NCBI GenBank assembly: GCA_963845665.1
Contig: CAWJTA010000002.1
Location: forward strand, 1,251,388-1,315,387
Length of the DNA: 64,000 bases
Source of the DNA: an uncultured Verrucomicrobiae bacterium
GTDB taxonomy: Bacteria; Verrucomicrobiota; Verrucomicrobiia; Limisphaerales; UBA11358
Direction: 5' to 3'
A program made the translations under genes and the position numbers. Under the pieces are notes generated by a model. The model did not search any database. It had not been told where the DNA came from and worked only from the letters and a program-made list of their open reading frames with translations. Shown here in pieces: positions 56,178-64,000 of this stretch. Each line of letters opens with the position of its first letter. Position 1 is the stretch's first letter.

Positions 56178-56271
56178 AATGGCAGGGACGGCGCGCGGCG
56201 ACGTCAGCGTCAATCCAGCGAGCGGAACGGGCGTGAATTTCGCGCGGGGCTTCGGTCTGTCAACGACTCCA

Positions 56272-56949
56272 CTACTCTTTGCCCTTCTTCTCGTGCTTCT
56301 CTTGTTTGCCCCTGGCAGGTTTTTCCCCTTTGGCGGTGTGATGCTCTTTCGCGTGAGATTTTTTCTCTTTGCCCTCGGGAGCGGCTTCGGCTTTTTCGGC
56401 TTCGACTTGTTTGCCGTGACCGCGTTTTTCAGTCCTGGGCTTCCTGAGTTCTTCTCCTTTTGGAGCGGGGGCCTGTTCGGCCGATGCGGCGAGGGGTGTC
56501 AGGCTTTGGACCTGAACTTTGAGTGTGCTTTTGACATCGGAATGCAAATGCAGGTCGATTTCGTATTCGCCCAGCGCCTTGATGGGGTGTTCAAGATGGA
56601 TTCTCTTCTTATCGAGGGAAATATCGAACTGATGCTTCAATTCGTCGGCGATCATACCGGACGTGACGGAGCCGAACATCTTGCCGTCGTCGCCGGTCTT
56701 GACTTTGATGACGCAAATCAATTTTTGGACGCCCTTGGCCAGTTCGGTCATGGTGTTAAATTCGTGCGCTTCGCGCTCGGCACGCTTGCGTTTGAGCGCC
56801 TCGATGTGACGGCGGTTGGCCTGGGTCAGCGGAATGGCCAGGCGCTGGGGAAAAAGAAAATTGCGCGCGTAGCCCGGAGCCACTTTGACCTGGTCGGATT
56901 CACCGCCCAGGCCGACGATATTGTGCGTGAGAATAACTTCAGTCTTCAT
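56272..56949 (-). CDS. rplI: 50S ribosomal protein L9 with ~75-aa K/E/A/H-rich C-terminal extension
   Basis: MKTEVILTHNIVGLGGESDQVKVAPGYARNFLFPQRLA. The core ends near aa 150, and the tail is ...KEKKSHAKEHHTAKGEKPARGKQEKHEKKGKE. Confidence 0.9.
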   Translation of the reverse strand: MKTEVILTHNIVGLGGESDQVKVAPGYARNFLFPQRLAIPLTQANRRHIEALKRKRAEREAHEFNTMTELAKGVQKLICVIKVKTGDDGKMFGSVTSGMIADELKHQFDISLDKKRIHLEHPIKALGEYEIDLHLHSDVKSTLKVQVQSLTPLAASAEQAPAPKGEELRKPRTEKRGHGKQVEAEKAEAAPEGKEKKSHAKEHHTAKGEKPARGKQEKHEKKGKE

Positions 56950-56979
56950 AAGAGTAACAGGGATGGTTGAAAAATTGGA

Positions 56980-57429
56980 TCAAAACGGAACGTCGTCGTC
57001 CTGCGGCGGTTCAGAGTCCGGCGCTTCGGGCGCGGGCGCCGCGGCTGCGACGGGACGAGAAGATGGCGCGGGCGCGCCATCACCGCCGCGATTGCCTGAA
57101 TCAATAAATGAAAAGCTTTCGAGAACGACTTTTAATTTGCTTTGTTTTTGCTTCGTATTTTTGTCTTCCCAGGTGTCCTGTTTGAGGCGGCCTTCCACGA
57201 GCAACGGACGGCCTTTCTTCATGTACTGGGAAATGACCTCGGCCTGGCGGCCCCAGACGTCCACATCCACGAAACTCACTTCCTCTTTTTTTTCGCCGCC
57301 TTCGCTGCTGCTATAGGTGCGGTTCACGGCCAGAGTGATGCGCGCCACGGCGGTGCCCTTGGGCGTGTAGCGCAATTCCGGGTCGCGGGTAAGGTTCCCG
57401 GCGAGGATCACTTTGTTAAAGCTGGCCAT
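56980..57429 (-). CDS. ssb: Single-stranded DNA-binding protein
   Basis: MASFNKVILAGNLTRDPELRYTPKG, with the acidic tip PQDDDVPF. Confidence 0.9.
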   Translation of the reverse strand: MASFNKVILAGNLTRDPELRYTPKGTAVARITLAVNRTYSSSEGGEKKEEVSFVDVDVWGRQAEVISQYMKKGRPLLVEGRLKQDTWEDKNTKQKQSKLKVVLESFSFIDSGNRGGDGAPAPSSRPVAAAAPAPEAPDSEPPQDDDVPF

Positions 57430-57451
57430 GGAGGTTCAGGGTTGACGGTTC

Positions 57452-57757
57452 TTATTTGGCCGGCTTCGGCTCGGGCGACGTCGTGAACATCACGCGATAA
57501 ACGTCCTCGTTCAGCGCGAACTTGGTGTTCAACTGCGTGATAATCGCCGGAGTGCCGTTAAAAATGATGTTCGCGTAGTATCCGGCGGTGTGTTTTTTGT
57601 CGCTGACGCGCGCAAAATGTTTGCGGTCCATCTTCTGGACCGTCTCCACTTTGCCGCCGGCGGCCGAAATTTCCGCGGAAATCTTGTCAAGGGTGTCCTT
57701 GACGCCGTCTTCGCGTCCTGCTGTGTTCAATATGAACAATCCTTCGTATCGTTTCAT
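57452..57757 (-). CDS. rpsF: 30S ribosomal protein S6
   Basis: MKRYEGLFILN..., 101 aa. Confidence 0.9.
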   Translation of the reverse strand: MKRYEGLFILNTAGREDGVKDTLDKISAEISAAGGKVETVQKMDRKHFARVSDKKHTAGYYANIIFNGTPAIITQLNTKFALNEDVYRVMFTTSPEPKPAK

Positions 57758-57802
57758 TTTCTTCTTTTAAATCGAGGCGGAAAATCAGTCGTTTGCCAAC
57801 CG

Positions 57803-57848
57803 GTTCAACCTTTCAACTTTTTAACGTTTCAACGTTCCCATTCAATTG
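57803..57848. repeat. TTCAAC-rich repeat cluster (copy c)
   Basis: gGTTCAACcTTTCAACTTTTTAACGTTTCAACGTTcccATTCAATTG. It overlaps the last codons of pth and lies upstream of rpsF. Confidence 0.5.
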
Positions 57849-58403
57849 TATTGCTTTTTCAACTCCCGCGTCCAGCCAGGTTTCCACCTGCGCTGCCGCG
57901 CGGTCCAAAACTTTTCCCAATAAATCCTTTTCGGCCGACTCAAACCGCCCCAGGACATGGTTTGTAATTTCGCGCAAACCGTCTTTTCGGCCAATGCCAA
58001 TTTTCAGGCGCGCAAAATCGCGCGAGGCCAAATGGCTCTCGATGGACTCCAGGCCGTGGTGCCCGCCGCTGCTGCCGCCCGGCCGCATCCGAACCATCCC
58101 AAACGGCAAATCCGCGTCGTCGGAAACCACCATCAATTGCGCCAGGGGCAACTGATAAAAATCCATCGCCGCCCCCACTGCTTCCCCGCTGGCATTCATA
58201 AATGTGCGCGGCTGGCACAAATAGACCCGCTTGCCGTTGACCATCGCCCGAGCCATGCCGGCTCGAAATTTCTTTTCGTTCGCCCATTCGCACTTCCATC
58301 GGGCCGCCAGTTTTTCGACGACCAAAAAACCCGCGTTGTGGCGCGTGTTTGCGTATTCCGCACCCGGATTTCCCAGGCCCACGATGAGAAACGCGTTTTC
58401 CAT
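57813..58403 (-). CDS. pth: Peptidyl-tRNA hydrolase
   Basis: LIVGLGNPGAEYANTRHNAGF, 196 aa. Confidence 0.9.
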   Translation of the reverse strand: MENAFLIVGLGNPGAEYANTRHNAGFLVVEKLAARWKCEWANEKKFRAGMARAMVNGKRVYLCQPRTFMNASGEAVGAAMDFYQLPLAQLMVVSDDADLPFGMVRMRPGGSSGGHHGLESIESHLASRDFARLKIGIGRKDGLREITNHVLGRFESAEKDLLGKVLDRAAAQVETWLDAGVEKAIQLNGNVETLKS

Positions 58404-58438
58404 CTGAGCGGAACGCCCGGGCGGGCGACGCTGCCGGA

Positions 58439-59197
58439 CTATTTCTTTTTCTCGGCTTTGGCTTCCGGTTTGGCTTCGGCTTTTTTCTCCGCGCCTTTTT
58501 CGGCTTTGGCATCGGCCTTCGCGGGGGCTTTCTCGCCGCCCTCGGCGCCTTCTTCCTTCTTTTCCTTCGTCATTTCGACGTCGCTCGCGGCTTTGCCCTC
58601 GGGGGTTGCCGGCGTGGCTTCTTCCTCGGCTCGAGGCGCGGCCACGGAAACCACCGGAATGTTTTTATCACCCAAAATTTCGACGCCCTGGGGCGCCGTA
58701 ACTTCCCGATATGGATAGTCTTGCCGATTTCGAGGCTCGAGACGTCCACGGTAATCTGTTCGGGCAAATCCTTCGGCAGACAGCGCACTTTCAATTTGAA
58801 CAAAACGTGTTCCAGCACGCCGCCGTTGTTCTTGACCCCCGCCGCTTCTCCCACCGTTTCGATCGGCACCTGCACGGTCACTTTTTCATCCTCCGCCACT
58901 TCGTGAAAATCCACGTGGACAACCTTGCCGTTGATCGGGTGGCGCTGGATTTCCTGCAGCAGGGCCAGGCGCTTGGCGCGCGCGTCGTTCTCGATGGACA
59001 GATCCACCAGGAGATTTTCCGACGCGTGGCTGTGCATCAGGTCGCCGATTTCGCGGGCGCTGATTTCCAGGCTCTGCGGCTTCGGTCTGGCGTCCATAGA
59101 TGACCGCCGGCACGCGGCCATTGGAGCGCAATTGTTTGAGCGGGCCACGGCGCTTTTGCACCGACCGCGGAAATGCTTTCAACGGAACTGATTTCAT
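58439..59197 (-). pseudogene. rplY: 50S ribosomal protein L25/Ctc with K/A/E-rich tail, reading frame broken twice (near 59080 and near 58705-58707)
   Basis: The N-terminus MKSVPLKAFPRSVQKRRGPLKQLRSNGRVPAVIYGRQTE is in frame A. The core QSLEISAREIGDLMH...VHVDFHEV...VKNNGGVLEHVLFKLKVRCLP...IGKTIHIG is in frame B. The C-terminus TAPQGVEILGDKNIPVVSVAAP...KAEKKK returns to frame A. Confidence 0.8.
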
Positions 59198-59220
59198 TTT
59201 ATTAAATTGTTACGCGGACG

Positions 59221-60165
59221 CTAACTCGTGCGCCCGCCTTTAAACTCAAAAAGCGAATTGACCGACGAATTACTGTTAATTCGTTTGATGGCTTCGCCCA
59301 ACAAACCCGCCACCGACAGCGTCGTTATCTTCACACCGTCAATATCGGGGCGTTGGACTGTATCAGTTGTAATCAATTCGTCAATACTCGATTTTCGTAA
59401 TCTTTCAATACCCGTTTCCCCCAAAATTGCATGGGAAACACAGGCCAATATCTGTTTCGCCCCCTTTTTCTTCAGCAAACTCGCCGCCTCGGTCAGCGTC
59501 CCCGCCGTCTCGGTCAGGTCATCCACCAGCAAAATATTTTTCCCCTTAATCTCGCCGATGACCGCCATGCTTTCAACTTCCGATGCGCTTTTACGCCGTT
59601 TGGCCACAATGGCCAGGCCGGCCTCGAGCACCTGCGAATACGCGTGGGCCATCTTCAAGCCCCCCGTATCCGGGCTGACGACCACCAGGTTCTTCAGGCT
59701 TTTTTTCTTCAAATATTCGTACATCACCGGCGCCGCGTACAGATGATCCACCGGGATATCAAAAAAGCCCTGGATTTGCTGGGCATGCAGGTCCATCGTC
59801 AGAATGCGATTCGCGCCGGCGGCCACCAAAAGATTGGCGACGAGCTTGGCCGTGATGGGCACGCGTGGCTGGTCTTTGCGGTCCTGGCGCGCGTAACCGT
59901 AAAAGGGCAGCACCGCCGTGATGCGCTTGGCGCTGGCGCGGCGCAAGGCGTCAATCATGATGAACAGCTCCATCAAATTGTGGTTGGTCGGCGGCGACGT
60001 CGGCTGGAGCACGAACACCTCCTCGCCGCGCACGTTTTCCTCGATTTTGACGAATGTCTCGCCGTCGGGAAACGGCTTGATCGTGCATTTGCCCAAATCC
60101 ATGTCGATGGATTTGCAAATGGCTTTGGCCAAAGGTTGATTGGCTGTGCCGCTGAAAATTTTCAC
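59221..60165 (-). CDS. prs: Ribose-phosphate pyrophosphokinase
   Basis: MKIFSGTANQPLAKAI..., the PRPP-binding loop VLLVDDLTETAGT, 314 aa. Confidence 0.9.
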   Translation of the reverse strand: MKIFSGTANQPLAKAICKSIDMDLGKCTIKPFPDGETFVKIEENVRGEEVFVLQPTSPPTNHNLMELFIMIDALRRASAKRITAVLPFYGYARQDRKDQPRVPITAKLVANLLVAAGANRILTMDLHAQQIQGFFDIPVDHLYAAPVMYEYLKKKSLKNLVVVSPDTGGLKMAHAYSQVLEAGLAIVAKRRKSASEVESMAVIGEIKGKNILLVDDLTETAGTLTEAASLLKKKGAKQILACVSHAILGETGIERLRKSSIDELITTDTVQRPDIDGVKITTLSVAGLLGEAIKRINSNSSVNSLFEFKGGRTS

Positions 60166-60350
60166 TCGATAATAAAGATTTAAGATAAAAAAACCGCCAC
60201 GGTCGGCGGTCGCATGAAACGCTACTGTAACAATCGGACGGGGAACTTTGCAAGTTCAATCTGGCGGAGTTCATGGCAGGGACGGCCCACGGCAAGTGGC
60301 GCTGCCACCGCTGTCCACACCGCGCCGTTCGCCGATTCACAACGTACCAC

Positions 60351-60383
60351 GTTTCAACATTTTAACGTTTCAGCACTTCAACC
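60351..60383. repeat. TTCAAC-rich repeat cluster (copy d)
   Basis: cGTTTCAACATTTTAACGTTTCAGCACTTCAACc, 35-65 nt upstream of araA. It shares the 13-mer TTTTAACGTTTCA with copy c. Confidence 0.5.
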
Positions 60384-60416
60384 CTCCTCCATATCCATCA
60401 TTTACGAACCGTCGCC

Positions 60417-61949
60417 TTGTCAGTAGTATTCGAAAAACATCCTGTGAACTTAAAACAACTCGAAGTCTGGTTCGTGACCGGCAGCCAGCTCCTTTACGGG
60501 ACCAAAACGCTCGAGCGCGTAGCTGAGCACTCGCGCGAAATTGCCGGCGCGCTCAATGATTCTCCCGAAATTCCCGTCAAAATCATTTTCACGCCCGTCA
60601 TTAAATCGCCGGACGAAGTGTCCGCTCTGTTCGAGAAGGCCAACCATTCCGCCCGTTGCATCGGCCTGATTACCTGGTGCCACACTTTCTCGCCGTCAAA
60701 AATGTGGATTGCCGGCCTCAAGCGCCTCCGCAAACCCATCCTGCATCTCCACACGCAGCACAACCGCGACATCCCATGGGCGACCATCGACATGGATTTC
60801 ATGAACCTCAACCAGGCGGCTCACGGCGACCGCGAACACGGCTTCATCATGAGCCGGATGCGCCTGGATAGAAAGGTCGTCGCCGGCTTCTGGCGGGAAT
60901 CAGCCGTCCAAAAACAGATCGGCGCATGGTCCCGCGCCGCCGCCGCATGGAACGATTGGCAGGGCGCAAAATTTTGCCGGTTCGGCGACAACATGCGCGA
61001 AGTGGCCGTGACGGAAGGCGATAAAGTCGCCGCGGAAATAAAATTCGGTTATTCCGTCAACGGATACGGCGTGGGCGACCTCGTCAAGCGCATCAACGCC
61101 GCAACGCAATCGCAAATCAAAGATTTGCTCAAGGAATACGAAAGCGCCTATACCATCGCCCCGGCGCTGGGCAAACGCGCCAAACCCAATTCATTATGGG
61201 AAGCGGCCAAAATTGAGATCGGATTGCGCGCCTTTTTGAAGGAGGGCCGCTTCGCCGGTTTTACGACCACGTTTGAAGATCTGCATGGCCTGGCCCAATT
61301 GCCCGGACTAGCCGTCCAACGGTTGATGGCCGAGGGCTACGGTTTCGGCGCGGAGGGCGATTGGAAGACGTGCGCGCTGGTGCGCGCCATGAAAGTCATG
61401 GCTACGGGCTTGAAAGGCGGCGTCTCCTTCATGGAAGATTATACCTATCATCTCGAGCCGCACCTCGCCAAAGTGCTCGGCGCCCACATGCTCGAAATCT
61501 GCCCAAGCATCGCCGCAGGCCGGCCGTCGCTGGAAGTGCATCCGTTGGGCATCGGCGGCAAGGCCGACCCGGCGCGTCTGGTTTTTGATACGCCCCCCGG
61601 TCCGGGCCTCAACGCCGCCATCATGGATATGGGAAATCGTTTTCGTCTGCTCGTCAATGAGGTGGAAGTCGTCACACCGGAAAATCCGCTCCCGAAATTG
61701 CCGGTGGCCCGGGCATTATGGGTCCCCAAACCGGATTTCCACACCGCCGTCACCGCCTGGATCTATGCCGGCGGCGCGCACCACACCGGTTTCAGCCGCG
61801 CTGTCACCACCGAAATGCTCGAGGACTTCGCAACGATGGCCGGAATAGAATTCCTGGTCATAGACGGCGGCACGACCATTCGCCCCTTCAAACAGGAATT
61901 GCGCCTGAATGAAATGTATTACGGCTGCCGCGATGGATTCGGCTCATGA
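60417..61949 (+). CDS. araA: L-arabinose isomerase
   Basis: [14 protein letters not shown] and the overall length (~500 aa) match AraA. The start is either TTG 60417 or GTG 60444. Confidence 0.85.
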   Translation: MSVVFEKHPVNLKQLEVWFVTGSQLLYGTKTLERVAEHSREIAGALNDSPEIPVKIIFTPVIKSPDEVSALFEKANHSARCIGLITWCHTFSPSKMWIAGLKRLRKPILHLHTQHNRDIPWATIDMDFMNLNQAAHGDREHGFIMSRMRLDRKVVAGFWRESAVQKQIGAWSRAAAAWNDWQGAKFCRFGDNMREVAVTEGDKVAAEIKFGYSVNGYGVGDLVKRINAATQSQIKDLLKEYESAYTIAPALGKRAKPNSLWEAAKIEIGLRAFLKEGRFAGFTTTFEDLHGLAQLPGLAVQRLMAEGYGFGAEGDWKTCALVRAMKVMATGLKGGVSFMEDYTYHLEPHLAKVLGAHMLEICPSIAAGRPSLEVHPLGIGGKADPARLVFDTPPGPGLNAAIMDMGNRFRLLVNEVEVVTPENPLPKLPVARALWVPKPDFHTAVTAWIYAGGAHHTGFSRAVTTEMLEDFATMAGIEFLVIDGGTTIRPFKQELRLNEMYYGCRDGFGS

Positions 61950-62018
61950 GTCCAGTTTATCATTGAAAAAGCCTGCAATCATTTACAAATTCTTGCTCAA
62001 ACAAATCCAACTAAAAAC

Positions 62019-63014
62019 ATGGTTATGAAAAAAATCCAATCCATCATGCTGCTGCTGGGCCTGGCGGCGCTCATTGCCGGTTGCGGAAAAAATTCGGGGA
62101 CTGCCGCAAACGGCGGCGGCGGCGCGGCGCCCGCCCACCTGAAACTCGCCTTCGTCAGCAACAACACGGCGAATTTCTGGAGCTATGCCCGGGCTGGCTG
62201 CGATGCCGCAGCCAAAGAACTCGGAAACGTGGACGTGGATTTTCGTCTGCCCACCACCGGCAGCGCCGCCGAGCAAACCCAAATCCTCAACGACCTCATC
62301 GCCCGCGGCGTCAATGGCATCGCCGTCAGCGTCGATGACCCGGCGAATGAAACGGCCCTCTTAAACAAAATCGCCGGCCAGGCATTATTGATCACCACCG
62401 ACAGCGACGCCCCCGACAGCAAGCGCGTGGCCTACATCGGCACCGACAACGTCGCGGCAGGCGTCCAGGCCGGCGAGATGATCAAGGAATGCCTGCCAAA
62501 CGGCGGCAAAATTATGTTGTTCGTCGGACACACCGACGCCCAAAACGCCGTCGATCGCGCCGGCGGAATCAAAAAAGCATTGGAAGGTTCAAACGTTCAA
62601 ATCATTGACATCCGGACCGATGACACCGACCCGGCGCGCGCCCAGAAAAATGCCGAGGATACCCTGGTAAAATATCCCGACATCGGCTGCCTCGTCGGCC
62701 TGTGGAACTATAACGGCCCGGCCATTCTCAATGCCGTGCGTAGCGCCAATAAAATTGGCCAGGTCAAAATCGTTTGCTTCGATGATGAGGACGATACGCT
62801 CGCCGGCATCGCCAAAGGCGCGATTTACGGCACCGTTGTCCAGAATCCGTTCGAGTTCGGCAGACAGGCTGTCACCGGCATGGCTAAATATCTGGGCGGC
62901 GATACCAACGCCTTTGGCGGCAATACAAAGATTTTCATTCCCACACGCGAAATCAAAAAAGACGACGTCGCCGCCTACCAGTCTGATCGGGCGAAAATGC
63001 TGGGTACGCAGTAA
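62019..63014 (+). CDS. Sugar ABC transporter substrate-binding lipoprotein (RbsB/periplasmic-binding type I)
   Basis: Lipobox LIAGCGK and the typical PBP-I pattern (IGTDNVAAG, VGLWNYNGP). Confidence 0.8.
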   Translation: MVMKKIQSIMLLLGLAALIAGCGKNSGTAANGGGGAAPAHLKLAFVSNNTANFWSYARAGCDAAAKELGNVDVDFRLPTTGSAAEQTQILNDLIARGVNGIAVSVDDPANETALLNKIAGQALLITTDSDAPDSKRVAYIGTDNVAAGVQAGEMIKECLPNGGKIMLFVGHTDAQNAVDRAGGIKKALEGSNVQIIDIRTDDTDPARAQKNAEDTLVKYPDIGCLVGLWNYNGPAILNAVRSANKIGQVKIVCFDDEDDTLAGIAKGAIYGTVVQNPFEFGRQAVTGMAKYLGGDTNAFGGNTKIFIPTREIKKDDVAAYQSDRAKMLGTQ

Positions 63015-63017
63015 TTT

Positions 63018-64000
63018 ATGCCCGAAGCGCCACTGCTGGAAATGCGGGGAATCACCAAACGGTTTTCCGGCGTCACGGCATTGGATAACGTCAGCCTGAG
63101 CGTGGGCCGGGGTGAAGTCGTCGCCCTCTGCGGCGAAAACGGCGCGGGCAAATCGACCCTCATGAAAATCCTCGGCGGCGTCCATCAACCGGACGCCGGC
63201 GAAATCATCCTCGATGGCCGCCCGACAAAAGTTTCAGGCGTGGCTGACGCCATCAAGCTGGGCATCGCCTTCATCCATCAGGAATTGAACGTCCTTGGAA
63301 ACCTGGACGTCGCGAGCAATGTTTTCCTGGGACGCGAACCGCGAAACGCCCTCGGTCTCGTGAATTCAAAAAAGATCCACGCGGATGCCGAACCCTTCGT
63401 CCGGCGCCTGGGCCTGGATATTTCTACCCGTACCCGCCTGGACCGGCTCTCCATCGCTCAGCAGCAGATGGTCGAGATTGCCAAAGCGCTGTCGCTCAAC
63501 GCGCGCCTCATCATCATGGACGAACCCACCTCCAGCCTGACCGTCGCCGAAACCACGCGGTTGATCGACCTGGTCTGCGACTTGAGCAAGCAGGGCGTGA
63601 GCGTCATTTACATTTCACACCGCCTCGGTGAAATCGAGCAATGCGCCGATCGCGCCGTCGTTTTGCGCGACGGCAAAAACGCCGGCGAATTGGGTCCAAA
63701 CGAAGCCACGCACGACAAAGTCGTCAGCCTGATGGTGGGACGGGAAATCAAAAACTATTACGTTCATTCCGACGCGCCAAAGACGCCGGGTTTTTTCAAA
63801 GTCCGCGGCGTTTCTTCGTCGCTCTATCCCCGCAAAACGGTTTCCTTCGACTCCGCCCGCGGGGAAATCCTGGGCTTTGCCGGCCTGGTCGGCGCCGGCC
63901 GCTCGGAAATCGCCAGGGTCATTGCCGGCATGGACCATTGTCCGGCCAAAAAAATCACACTGGATGGCAAAACAGTTCCTATCGCCTCGCCGCGCGATGC
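63018..64000 (+). CDS. Sugar ABC transporter ATP-binding protein (double-ATPase RbsA/AraG type), 3' end beyond the window
   Basis: My own translation from ATG 63018: MPEAPLLEMRGITKRFSGVTALDNVSLSVGRGEVVALCGENGAGKSTLMKIL ... LSIAQQQMVEIAKAL ... IIMDEPTS, with a second Walker A (GLVGAGRSE) near 63890. Confidence 0.85.
   Translation, partial: MPEAPLLEMRGITKRFSGVTALDNVSLSVGRGEVVALCGENGAGKSTLMKILGGVHQPDAGEIILDGRPTKVSGVADAIKLGIAFIHQELNVLGNLDVASNVFLGREPRNALGLVNSKKIHADAEPFVRRLGLDISTRTRLDRLSIAQQQMVEIAKALSLNARLIIMDEPTSSLTVAETTRLIDLVCDLSKQGVSVIYISHRLGEIEQCADRAVVLRDGKNAGELGPNEATHDKVVSLMVGREIKNYYVHSDAPKTPGFFKVRGVSSSLYPRKTVSFDSARGEILGFAGLVGAGRSEIARVIAGMDHCPAKKITLDGKTVPIASPRD

Noticed and set aside
58570-59148. 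192-aa ORF as an independent gene starting MARSNNCAPMAACRRSSMDARPKP
   Set aside because: Its first ~25 residues are an out-of-frame read-through of the true L25 N-terminus, and its last ~45 residues are out-of-frame relative to the L25 C-terminus. Only the middle is genuine L25 sequence, so it is treated as part of the frameshifted rplY.
1-64000. CRISPR arrays, rRNA and tRNA genes, and intact IS elements or prophage genes
   Set aside because: I scanned the intergenic regions by eye. I found no regularly spaced identical repeats in three or more copies with unique spacers, no cloverleaf-compatible 70-90-nt segments with a GTTCRANYC T-loop, no rRNA-like conserved stretches, and no integrase, terminase or capsid-like ORFs. 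A computational scan with tRNAscan, Infernal and a CRISPR finder would be needed for certainty.

Overview
This is a 64-kb chromosomal window, roughly 55-60% GC by eye. The gene content points to a Verrucomicrobiota/PVC-type bacterium: a PEP-CTERM protein, a prepilin-type H-X9-DG protein, very large secreted beta-helix and CBM-like proteins, and REP-like intergenic repeats. That taxonomic call is inference only.

Layout, left to right:
- (1) 1-20 kb: housekeeping and envelope genes. These are an ABC exporter fragment, a secreted beta-helix protein, an HDOD protein, rlmN, an aspartyl protease, a GT39-like glycosyltransferase, a DSD1-type PLP enzyme, a PEP-CTERM protein, GH76, an MFS transporter, a ParE-like topoisomerase subunit, two orphan genes, a frameshifted YyaL-like thioredoxin-domain gene and a DUF155-like gene.
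- (2) 21.3-31.4 kb: a co-directional six-gene glycan locus. In transcription order it encodes a 998-aa secreted CBM-like protein, an H-X9-DG pseudopilin-like protein, two GH16 enzymes, a sensor kinase and a NarL-type regulator.
- (3) 31.8-32.6 kb: a solitary hisF.
- (4) 32.6-36.35 kb: about 3.7 kb that is essentially non-coding and repeat-rich. It holds REP-like hairpins, a 436-bp element with terminal inverted repeats, a truncated transposase-like fragment and one low-GC membrane ORF.
- (5) 36.35-49.8 kb: a 15-cistron, tightly coupled [NiFe]-hydrogenase operon. It carries group 1h/5 (Hhy-like) structural genes, hypABCDEF, an endopeptidase, a NifU-like gene, a SIS-domain gene, three genes of unknown function and a 39-codon transmembrane ORF that is too short for the supplied ORF track. 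A HoxN-type nickel permease is divergently transcribed next to it.
- (6) 51.3-64 kb: a PLD/cardiolipin-synthase-like gene, a small two-gene NTase module, alaS, rpsF-ssb-rplI (no rpsR), pth, an rplY interrupted by two compensating frameshifts, prs, araA and the start of a sugar ABC transporter.

I saw no rRNA, tRNA or CRISPR array.

Data-quality caveat: there are three single-base frame disruptions, one in the yyaL-like gene and two in rplY. All sit in short homopolymer-like contexts, so they may be sequencing errors rather than biology.
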